Sequence record: SRR33789315_88
Strand: one strand, 5' to 3'
DNA: 42,151 bases
In this document: one piece after another, positions 20,478-28,781 of the stretch
Layout: each line of letters begins with the position of its first letter
Position numbering within the stretch: position 1 is the stretch's first letter
Program-made: the position numbers and the translations under genes
Notes under the pieces: model-generated
What the model was told of the DNA's origin: nothing
Database searches by the model: none
What the model saw: the letters and a program-made list of their open reading frames with translations, nothing else

Positions 20478-21341
20478 ATGCAAGATCAGAATTTTAATTT
20501 TGTTAAAATTCCAATCAGTGAGCTATCGACAAAATTTGGGACCTTAGTTAAGTCTAAGTCCCAAGTTAATTTATGGTGTAAAGGCAAAGTACCAATTAAG
20601 CATAAAGCTAAAGAATTTCAGTCAGCACCAAATTCATCATTAACATTTTTTAAAGAAGATGACTTCAAGCCAGGCAAAGGTGAGAAGATATATTATTCAT
20701 TTAGAAATACAGGTTTTGAATATTATGGTGTGGGTTTAGCTGTAAAGTCTAAAGCTGATGATGAATTTGTTATACAAATGGCAAATGAAGTCTTTAGATC
20801 AGAAAAAAGAGGAAAAGAGAGACTTTTAACTTTTCCTCATCATCAGGTTTATGCATACTTCGAGCTAGCTGGGGCAAAAGACCTTTTTAGAGAAACATCA
20901 AATAAAAGTAATATCATCAGCCTCGATGGTTTTAGAAAACCATTGAAAGAGATTAAGCGTGAAGTTTTCACTGATCCTATCAAAAACTTTAAAAAATCAG
21001 TATTAGATGATGACGATAATATGATGGGATACAGAGTTATTGATCTTTCTTCTAATGGAATAGCATTCTTAGTTTCTGCACGTGAAAAGATGATTTTTGA
21101 TAAACCGCTAAATACAAAAGTTGTCCTTCTTTATAACAGTACAACTTTTGAGTTAAGTTCTTCCAAAATTGTTTATGTGGTTGATTCTCTTACCGGTAGT
21201 ACAAAAGGTAATCCACTTTATAAAGTCGGAATGACATTTGATGAGAACGAAAAATTATCAGATCTCGTTCACAGGAAGTTGGTGTCTAGTAACTCCAAAG
21301 AGGGAGCGCAGCAAGATTTTGAAGACTTTATTGAAGATTAA
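20478..21341 (+). CDS. PilZ-domain (putative c-di-GMP-binding) protein
   Basis: RxxxR (RGKER) and DxSxxG (DLSSNG) motifs after a YcgR-like N-terminal beta region. Confidence 0.65.
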   Translation: MQDQNFNFVKIPISELSTKFGTLVKSKSQVNLWCKGKVPIKHKAKEFQSAPNSSLTFFKEDDFKPGKGEKIYYSFRNTGFEYYGVGLAVKSKADDEFVIQMANEVFRSEKRGKERLLTFPHHQVYAYFELAGAKDLFRETSNKSNIISLDGFRKPLKEIKREVFTDPIKNFKKSVLDDDDNMMGYRVIDLSSNGIAFLVSAREKMIFDKPLNTKVVLLYNSTTFELSSSKIVYVVDSLTGSTKGNPLYKVGMTFDENEKLSDLVHRKLVSSNSKEGAQQDFEDFIED

Positions 21342-22095
21342 ATATCTGCTCATTATTTCATTGATTATTGGTTGTGCCTCTCAAAAATCACAACCCATTG
21401 CTACAAGTGTGTCCAAGCAACAATTCCAGCTAAAAGATAAATCTGGAACGTTAATGCTTGAACGAGAAAGTGGGCCTGTGTCCAAATCCAAAAGCATTTT
21501 TGCCGTAAAAAGAGTTTTAAAAGATGATGATAATAAAGTGTTGGAGCAGTCAGTGGTGCTTTCAAGGCTTGGTAGCCTAAAGGGAAAGGTTTCAATTCTT
21601 AGGCCTGAGAAATCACAGTACACAGTGTGGTTTGATGGCAAAGAGTATTCAACTATTACTCAGATCGATACAAAGAATAAATCTTTGGGATTAATCTTCA
21701 ACAGTCCTGAAGAACAATGGAGAGGACAAAAAACCATTCCCTTTCCCAAAAAAGGGATGATCTATTGTTATTTTTCTCAATTAATTGAATGTGTGATGGC
21801 AGCTGGATTTGTCCATAAAGCGATTGATAATGGAAACGGAGAAATGAGTCTGCACATTATTTGGGAAGGTTATCCTTATATACAACAGCAATATATAGGT
21901 ATCCCGGAAGAAGTATTTTCCATGGCAACATTTAGTTATGATGGTGAAAATGAAAGAGGTCTTAGAAGATTTTCTTTAAATATTAAAAATTCGAACCAAA
22001 TTATTTTTTATCAATTAAATAAAGAAGATGAATTGAAAGGTATATTTTGGCCGGCTCAAGGATTGAGCATTGGAGCTAAAGGAAGCTTAGAGTGA
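21319..22095 (+). CDS. Hypothetical lipoprotein
   Basis: TTG 21319 (or 21331) gives MKTLLKIKYLLIISLIIGC, signal peptide + lipobox; ORF-track start 21238 overlaps the upstream gene extensively. Confidence 0.65.
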   Translation: MKTLLKIKYLLIISLIIGCASQKSQPIATSVSKQQFQLKDKSGTLMLERESGPVSKSKSIFAVKRVLKDDDNKVLEQSVVLSRLGSLKGKVSILRPEKSQYTVWFDGKEYSTITQIDTKNKSLGLIFNSPEEQWRGQKTIPFPKKGMIYCYFSQLIECVMAAGFVHKAIDNGNGEMSLHIIWEGYPYIQQQYIGIPEEVFSMATFSYDGENERGLRRFSLNIKNSNQIIFYQLNKEDELKGIFWPAQGLSIGAKGSLE

Positions 22096-22997
22096 TTCAG
22101 AGTATCCTCAAAGGATTAGTGACAGCTTGGTTTGTTGCAAGTGCTGCGTTTCTTTGTCTTCGATTATCACCAGGGGATCCAGTTGAGAGAATCCTTGGGG
22201 CTCAAGCTAGGCCCGAACAAATTGAAACGTTTAGGCAAAAACTGGGTTTAGATCTCTCGTTAACTAAGCAGTATCAACATTTTATTGTCGGATTAGTTAA
22301 GCTCGACTGGGGAAAATCATTATTTAAAGACAGGGATGTTTTAGAAATGATAGGTGAATCTCTGGTTCCAACAGCGAAGCTAGCTATCATTTCAATATTT
22401 CTTTCATTTATTTTTGCCTCATTTCTTGGATCTTACTCGGCCTTAGTTCGAGGAGGGTGGCAAGATCATGTGATTCGATTATTTTGCCTTGGATCCTTGT
22501 CGTTTCCAATTTTTTCTCTTGCACCAATTTTAATTATCATTTTTTCAATCAAGCTAGGTTGGCTACCAGTTTCAGAGTTAACTTCGCCACTACATTATAT
22601 TTTACCCTTGATAACACTTATCCTTCCCTTAACAAGTGTTTTGACTAGAGTAGTACGTAATCAGTTCTTAGAATCTTCAGGAGAGCCATGGATAGCCGTT
22701 CTTAAAGCAAAAGGGATGGGAAGCTTTGCTATTCATTTGAGAGTTTATAAAGTCTGTTTACCGACAATTTTAAATTTAGTATCGATGCAGCTCTCGGTGA
22801 TATTAGCGGGTGCCATGATTACAGAAACAATTTTTGATATTCCTGGTCTTGGAAAATTACTATTAACCGCAATTGAAAATCGAGACTATCCATTAGTGCA
22901 GGGATTAATTATTTATACATCTTTGATCTATTTGGTTTTGTATGTTTTTACAGATATTGCAAACTCGAAAATTGATCCCCGGCTAGCACAGTCATGA
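22092..22997 (+). CDS. Peptide ABC transporter permease (DppB/OppB family)
   Basis: PGDP, LDWGKS, ITETIFDIPGLG, RDYPLVQG. Confidence 0.92.
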   Translation: MIQSILKGLVTAWFVASAAFLCLRLSPGDPVERILGAQARPEQIETFRQKLGLDLSLTKQYQHFIVGLVKLDWGKSLFKDRDVLEMIGESLVPTAKLAIISIFLSFIFASFLGSYSALVRGGWQDHVIRLFCLGSLSFPIFSLAPILIIIFSIKLGWLPVSELTSPLHYILPLITLILPLTSVLTRVVRNQFLESSGEPWIAVLKAKGMGSFAIHLRVYKVCLPTILNLVSMQLSVILAGAMITETIFDIPGLGKLLLTAIENRDYPLVQGLIIYTSLIYLVLYVFTDIANSKIDPRLAQS

Positions 22998-23815
22998 AAC
23001 GTTTTAGTATTGAGACAAAATTAGGTGCCGGTTTATGTTCGATCTATGTCGTATGGGGCGTGGTTTATTTATTAAACTCCTATTTTAATAATTTTGTTCC
23101 AACAATTAATATTGAAAAAGAATTACTCGATCCTTTACAAGATGGTTATTTACTTGGAACGGATATTTATGGTCGCTCTATGCTTGGTATGCTGTCTGCT
23201 GGAGTGATTCACTCTCTTATTTTTGCCATTGTAACCGCGAGTTCATCTGCCATTATAGGAGTTTGTGCTGGTGGCATAATGGCCCTAGGACAAAGCAAGA
23301 TCTCAACAATAATCGAAGGAATTGCTAATTCAATCTATATTTTTCCAACAGTTCTCATTGCAATCATGATTATGTCACTTTGGGAGGGTGGAATCTTCAC
23401 ATTATGGGTTACACTTGTGGGCGTTGGCTGGCCGGGATACGCAAGAATTGCTCGTGGAGAGTTTCTTCGAATTAAAACTATGCCCTACGTTGAGAGTGCA
23501 AGAGCAGTTGGTATTAGTCAGTTCAGGCTCTTTTTTAAAACGATGTTACCAGCAGTAATGCCTGTCATCATTGTTCAGCTCGTTTTAGGTTTGAGTGGAG
23601 TTATTATGAGCGAATCAACACTTGGTTTTTTAGGACTTGGAACGAGTGAATATTCTTGGGGTGAATTATTGGCCATGGCCAAAGATGTTATATTAGAAGC
23701 TCCGCACATAGTTGTTCTTACGAGTTTGACAATGGCGGGAATCATATTAGGATTAAACCTTCTCGGTGATGGTTTAAGAGATGCTCTAGATCCTAGAAGC
23801 ACAGGGGTTAAATAG
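22994..23815 (+). CDS. Peptide ABC transporter permease (DppC/OppC family)
   Basis: LLGTDIYGR, YVESARAVG, LGFLGLG, GDGLRDALDP. Confidence 0.92.
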   Translation: MKRFSIETKLGAGLCSIYVVWGVVYLLNSYFNNFVPTINIEKELLDPLQDGYLLGTDIYGRSMLGMLSAGVIHSLIFAIVTASSSAIIGVCAGGIMALGQSKISTIIEGIANSIYIFPTVLIAIMIMSLWEGGIFTLWVTLVGVGWPGYARIARGEFLRIKTMPYVESARAVGISQFRLFFKTMLPAVMPVIIVQLVLGLSGVIMSESTLGFLGLGTSEYSWGELLAMAKDVILEAPHIVVLTSLTMAGIILGLNLLGDGLRDALDPRSTGVK

Positions 23816-24885
23816 TGATTGGTCTTGGTCAATTGATAATGACAGGAATTAGTGGATTAACACTAACAAGTGATGAGTCTGAGTTTCTCGAGAAAGAAAA
23901 TATTGGTGGAGTTTTACTATTTGCCAAGAATTACGACTCGCCAGCTCAGTTGGCTGAACTTGTAAATTCAATTCAAAAGTGTCGAAGAGAGTATCCTTTA
24001 ATAATTGCAGTTGATCATGAAGGCGGCAGAGTAATGAGATTTAAAACTCATTTTACTCAGTTTCCAGCAATGATGGATATTGCAAAACTTGGTTCTCCAA
24101 AAATCTGCTACCACGTCACTCGTATCATGGCTGAAGAACTTTCTTCATGTGGTATTAACCTGAATATGTCACCGGTTTGTGATATTACAAATAATCCTAA
24201 TAATAAAGTCATTGGTGATCGCGCTTTCGGAATAGATGAAGAGAGTGTATCAAAATATGTTTCATCTGCGATTCGTGGTTTCCAAACTAATGGAGTCATG
24301 GCCTGTGCCAAACATTTTCCTGGTCATGGTTGTACAACTAAAGATTCTCATCACGACCTTCCTTACGTTAAAAAAACTCTAGAAGAACTTAGAGAAACTG
24401 AATTCCAACCATTTATTAAAGCTATAAAGTCTAGAGTTGAATTCGTAATGATGGCGCACCTACAAGTTGATGCTATCGATGAAAATCTTCCAACTAGTCT
24501 TTCTGAAAAAGCGCATGCCATTGTTCGTGATGAGTTTAGATTTAAGAAAGTGATCATAAGTGATGATATGCAAATGGGTGCTATTATTAATGAATATGGT
24601 GTCGAAGATGCAGCAGTTAAAGCCATAACGGCTGGGTCGGATATTATTGAATATCGAGATATGGAAGAAGCTCAAAAGGCACTTGCAGGTTTAAGACACG
24701 CCATGAAAGTCAAAGATCTTAAAAATGAAGCTGTTATGGCCAGAGTCTCCAGAATTACAGAGCTTAAGCAACAATATTTGTCGGACTATAAGCCAATTTA
24801 TATCCCAGAAATTAATAAAAAAATGGGTGTGAAGGCGAATCAAATCTTTCTCGATGATCTTTTAGAGCGAATTGCTCAGGCATAA
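23815..24885 (+). CDS. nagZ: Beta-N-acetylhexosaminidase (GH3)
   Basis: AVDHEGGRV, KHFPGHG...DSH, ISDDMQM; no signal peptide. Confidence 0.93.
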   Translation: MIGLGQLIMTGISGLTLTSDESEFLEKENIGGVLLFAKNYDSPAQLAELVNSIQKCRREYPLIIAVDHEGGRVMRFKTHFTQFPAMMDIAKLGSPKICYHVTRIMAEELSSCGINLNMSPVCDITNNPNNKVIGDRAFGIDEESVSKYVSSAIRGFQTNGVMACAKHFPGHGCTTKDSHHDLPYVKKTLEELRETEFQPFIKAIKSRVEFVMMAHLQVDAIDENLPTSLSEKAHAIVRDEFRFKKVIISDDMQMGAIINEYGVEDAAVKAITAGSDIIEYRDMEEAQKALAGLRHAMKVKDLKNEAVMARVSRITELKQQYLSDYKPIYIPEINKKMGVKANQIFLDDLLERIAQA

Positions 24886-24986
24886 GTTAAGTCTTAGATT
24901 TTATAGCTAGGCACAATCTTTCCACTACGCAACATAGATCCTAACTCTTTGATATCCTATAGGTAAGTATATTAAGGAGAGCCAGC

Positions 24987-25889
24987 ATGTTGATGTGGGC
25001 ATCAGTTATCTTGATGGGTTTAGCTGTTTTTATTCTAACGAATATGATTTTCAATGATGAAGATCAATTCAAAGCGCAAGAAAAGCTAGAAGAAAGTGAT
25101 CAGCGTGCACCAAATGAATTTGCTAAGCACGGAATTATTCTTCGCTACTCAAGACCTTTTTTCAAAAGATATTTCACTCCAATTGTTCAAACAATGAAGA
25201 ATAAGAAAAAGTTTCGTGAAAAATATAGAAGACCGATTGCAAGTGGTGGATTAACTGAAGTGATTACAGCTGAAGACTTTTTCGCCTTTAAACTTTTTTT
25301 AATTATAGGATTTCCAATAGTCTTCATGGCAGTTCGTTGGTTCTTGGAAGAAACTTGGCCACTGACGATGATTCCCGTCCTGGCAGGTCTTGGATTTATT
25401 TATCCAGATATTTGGATCAAAGGTAAAAAACAAGAAAGACAAAAAGAAGTCGTTCAAAACATGCCGTTTGCGGTTGATATGTTGGCATTATCAGTCGAAG
25501 CCGGCCTGGACTTCATTGCCGCCATGACTAAGGTGGTGGAGAAGGCGAAAAAGAGTGCGTTAACAGAAGAGTTTGAAACAGTGATTCGTGAAATTAGAAT
25601 TGGTTCTTCAAGAGCTGAAGCACTTCGAAATATGGCCTGGCGACTAGACATGATTAATATTTCATCATTTTGTGCCACATTAATTGCTGCAGACTCCGTG
25701 GGGGCTTCGATTGGACCAATCCTTAAGGCCTTGGCCCAAGAGATACGTCAAAAAAAATCAGCCGATGCAGAAAAAGCTGGTGCTACAGCAGCCACGAAAA
25801 TTCTATTTCCAATGCTGTTCTTAATTGTTCCAGCAGTATTTTTAATGATCGGCGCCCCACTGGCCATCCAGTCCTTTATAGGTAATTAG
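24987..25889 (+). CDS. tadC: Tad pilus inner-membrane platform protein (T2SSF family)
   Basis: DMLALSVEAGLDF, EIRIGSSRAEAL, KILFPML; AAGGAG RBS. Confidence 0.88.
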   Translation: MLMWASVILMGLAVFILTNMIFNDEDQFKAQEKLEESDQRAPNEFAKHGIILRYSRPFFKRYFTPIVQTMKNKKKFREKYRRPIASGGLTEVITAEDFFAFKLFLIIGFPIVFMAVRWFLEETWPLTMIPVLAGLGFIYPDIWIKGKKQERQKEVVQNMPFAVDMLALSVEAGLDFIAAMTKVVEKAKKSALTEEFETVIREIRIGSSRAEALRNMAWRLDMINISSFCATLIAADSVGASIGPILKALAQEIRQKKSADAEKAGATAATKILFPMLFLIVPAVFLMIGAPLAIQSFIGN

Positions 25890-26239
25890 TGAAAAGAATG
25901 ATGATAAAAAATAAAGATTGGGAAATAGCAAAAGATGTTGTTGTGGCTGATACATTTTTATCACGTGCACGCGGCCTTATGTTTAGAAAAGAAATGAATG
26001 ATTTTGATGGAATGCTAATTACCCCATGTAATTCAATTCATACATTCGGAATGAATTTTTCCATAGATATTATCTTTCTAAATAAAGCATTCGAAGTGGT
26101 TAAGATCTTTGAAAATTTGAAGCCATATAGAATGACCAGACCTTATTTTAGTGCCACACAAGTTTTAGAGCTAAAGTCGGGAACTTTACAAGGACGTCTT
26201 AAGAAAGGCGACCGTTTGGAGGTTTCGTGTATAAACTAG
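25889..26239 (+). CDS. DUF192 family protein
   Basis: ADTFLSRARGLM, CNSIHTFGMNFSIDIIFL, VLEL. Confidence 0.85.
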   Translation: MKRMMIKNKDWEIAKDVVVADTFLSRARGLMFRKEMNDFDGMLITPCNSIHTFGMNFSIDIIFLNKAFEVVKIFENLKPYRMTRPYFSATQVLELKSGTLQGRLKKGDRLEVSCIN

Positions 26240-27789
26240 TCGTCATTGGCGGAAAATTAAGAGGTAAGGAGTATCCACTAGAAGAAGGTGAGAATATTCT
26301 AGGTCGAGATCCAGAATGTGGAGTTCACTTTCCTGTCCAAGGTGTTTCAAAGCAACATATGTCCATCTCTGTTACTGGTGATGTAGCTTATATTAAAGAT
26401 CTCGGTTCTAGTAACGGGACATTTTTAAACGGAAAAATTGTAAAACGTGGAACGGTGAAGAGTGGAGACAAAATCGCTTTACCAGATTCGATTCTACAAG
26501 TTGTTCATGTCAAAGAAAAAAAGAAAGTTGTAAAACGTAAGTCAGCTAAAGAAGTTGATCAGTCTGAGGAGTTTTACTCTGGGGGAGCAGCTCCTGAAAA
26601 TCTACCTGGAAAAATTAAACACCTATTTAAATACAAAGCGATGTCGATTCTTCATGGAATTAATGAAGAATATGAGTGGCGTGTGCTGCTTGGGATCTTA
26701 TTAACAATATTTTCGATCTTGGCGATTACTTTAACTATTTTTCCTGTCCTACAGGATTCAAAAGCAATTCTACTTTATGAAACATCTCAGCGTGGAGCTT
26801 TTTATGCAGACGTTATTAGTCGAACGAACTCAAGAGCTTTAGAGCAGAAAGAACTAGACCGTGTAGACTCATCATTTTTAGAAAACGAAGATGGTGTTAA
26901 GTCTTATGAGTTGTTTGATATTGAGGGGCGTATTGTAAGACCAATTGCGCAGTTGAATAAATATATTAATGATTCATTTTCTGTAGAAACGTTTGATTGG
27001 GCTAAGAAAACAAAAGATGACGGTGGAAGTTCCGTATTAAAGAAACTTTTGGCTGATGGTGAAATTGGTATTGGCAAGAAAATCATGGCTTATGACACAA
27101 GAGTCGGCAAGCTTATTGCTGTCGGTGTTATCGCCATTAGATTTAAGCCGAAATCATTAGCCGTGGAAGCAACAAAAAGTTCAAAGGCGTACTTGGAATC
27201 GTTAACGACGACTGGTCTCGTTGCAATTTTCTTCTTCTGTTTTGTCTATTATTTAACGGTAAGGCCTTTAGAAGAAATGCGTTTTCAAATTGAAGAGGCT
27301 TTAAGAGGAAAAAGAAAAAATCTTGAATCAAATTATTTGATGGAAGAGCTCAATCCTCTTAGAAGTAGTATCAATAGTTTGCTGCAAAGAATACGAGAGT
27401 TAAATAAAGAAGATGACGGCGAGTTTGAAGATATGGAAAGTGATGAGGGTTATGTTTTAGCCCTTGGCGAATTCATGCGTGGAGGTGGAGTGCCTGCCAT
27501 GGTGATGGATTCTCAAAAGAATGTTTCAAGAATAAATACAGAAGCGGAAGACTTAACTGGTATTAGAGAAAGTACAGCTCAGAATATGAGCTTACTAGAT
27601 GTCTCAAGAGAAAAAGGTTTTGCAGCTACTGTTATCGAGCTTTGTGATAACTCTGCTAACAATAGTGGAACTAATCAAAGTGGAGAGTACGAGTTGGGTG
27701 GAACTCCTTATGAAGTTCATGTCGTATCGCTAATGGGGAAGGATGGCTTTGCTAAAGCCTTTTATATTACCTTCTTGAGGGCTGGTTAA
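26227..27789 (+). CDS. FHA-domain membrane protein (FHA-TM-periplasmic-TM-HAMP-PAS-like)
   Basis: FHA motifs LGR, SKQH, SSNGT; two hydrophobic segments; RPLEEM...EELNPL HAMP-like; INTEAEDLTG PAS-like. Confidence 0.75.
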   Translation: MYKLVVIGGKLRGKEYPLEEGENILGRDPECGVHFPVQGVSKQHMSISVTGDVAYIKDLGSSNGTFLNGKIVKRGTVKSGDKIALPDSILQVVHVKEKKKVVKRKSAKEVDQSEEFYSGGAAPENLPGKIKHLFKYKAMSILHGINEEYEWRVLLGILLTIFSILAITLTIFPVLQDSKAILLYETSQRGAFYADVISRTNSRALEQKELDRVDSSFLENEDGVKSYELFDIEGRIVRPIAQLNKYINDSFSVETFDWAKKTKDDGGSSVLKKLLADGEIGIGKKIMAYDTRVGKLIAVGVIAIRFKPKSLAVEATKSSKAYLESLTTTGLVAIFFFCFVYYLTVRPLEEMRFQIEEALRGKRKNLESNYLMEELNPLRSSINSLLQRIRELNKEDDGEFEDMESDEGYVLALGEFMRGGGVPAMVMDSQKNVSRINTEAEDLTGIRESTAQNMSLLDVSREKGFAATVIELCDNSANNSGTNQSGEYELGGTPYEVHVVSLMGKDGFAKAFYITFLRAG

Positions 27790-28766
27790 TGGGATTAAGA
27801 GTTGCTAAGGGCAATAATGTAAAAATCTCAAAAAAGTTAGAAGCGCCTACCGACGCTGGTAAGCACTATCGCCTATTATGCCTTACAGGAAAAAATAAAG
27901 GTGTAGCCTACTTTATGACAGGTAAAAGACTTGTCATGGGAAGACATGAAAATTGTGACATTCAAATTTTAGATACGAAGAGCTCTAGAGAGCATGCCGA
28001 ATTAACTCGAGTTGGCGAAAAATTTGTCCTAACGGACTTAGGTAGCCAAAACGGAATAATCGTTAATGATTTAAAAGTTAATCAACATACGTTAGCAGAT
28101 GGCGACAAAGTCATTGTAGGTCAAACAGTTTATAAATATTCCATTTTCAATAATAAGAAGTCAGAAACAATAGATGATGAAGACGAAGATGAAGAAGATG
28201 ATGAAGATGAAGAAACTACAAAGGATAAAAAGCCAGCAGGTAATAGAATTCTTATTCTGTTGGCGGTCTTGGGCGGAGCTTTCTTCTTTTTAGGTGAAGA
28301 GCCAGAGACTGCACCAGCTTCAAAACAAGTCGTAACTAGTATTAATACTGGTGGTGTTTCAAAAGGTGTAGCGGATACAAGTCGTGATATGGATTCCGAA
28401 CTTGAAAAGAAAGTGGATACTATTCTGCATCGAGGTTTAAGAGAATACCGCGAAGGAAATTATTTTAGAGGGATTGAAGAATTTAATTTAGCTTTAATCT
28501 TGAATCCTAGAAGCGGTCGTGCCGCCTTCTATTTAGAAAAAGCAAAGCAAAAACTGGATGATGAAGTTACACAAAGCTTTCTTCGTGCCAAGGTCGCAGC
28601 TGATGCTTTGAAATATGATTCTGCGGTTGTAAGTTATTGCTCAATTATAAAATTGATAAGTAAGAACCCTGATGATGAAAGATTTAAGAAAGCAGAAAAA
28701 GAATTAGGCGACTTATTAGAGAAGATGGGAAAACCAAATGCTGATCCGAAGAAAGATTGTCTCTAG
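27789..28766 (+). CDS. FHA-domain membrane protein with C-terminal TPR
   Basis: MGR, SREH, SQNG; acidic linker; TM helix; GLREYREGNYFRGIEEF TPR-like. Confidence 0.8.
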   Translation: MGLRVAKGNNVKISKKLEAPTDAGKHYRLLCLTGKNKGVAYFMTGKRLVMGRHENCDIQILDTKSSREHAELTRVGEKFVLTDLGSQNGIIVNDLKVNQHTLADGDKVIVGQTVYKYSIFNNKKSETIDDEDEDEEDDEDEETTKDKKPAGNRILILLAVLGGAFFFLGEEPETAPASKQVVTSINTGGVSKGVADTSRDMDSELEKKVDTILHRGLREYREGNYFRGIEEFNLALILNPRSGRAAFYLEKAKQKLDDEVTQSFLRAKVAADALKYDSAVVSYCSIIKLISKNPDDERFKKAEKELGDLLEKMGKPNADPKKDCL

Positions 28767-28781
28767 GATGATAAGGAAAGA

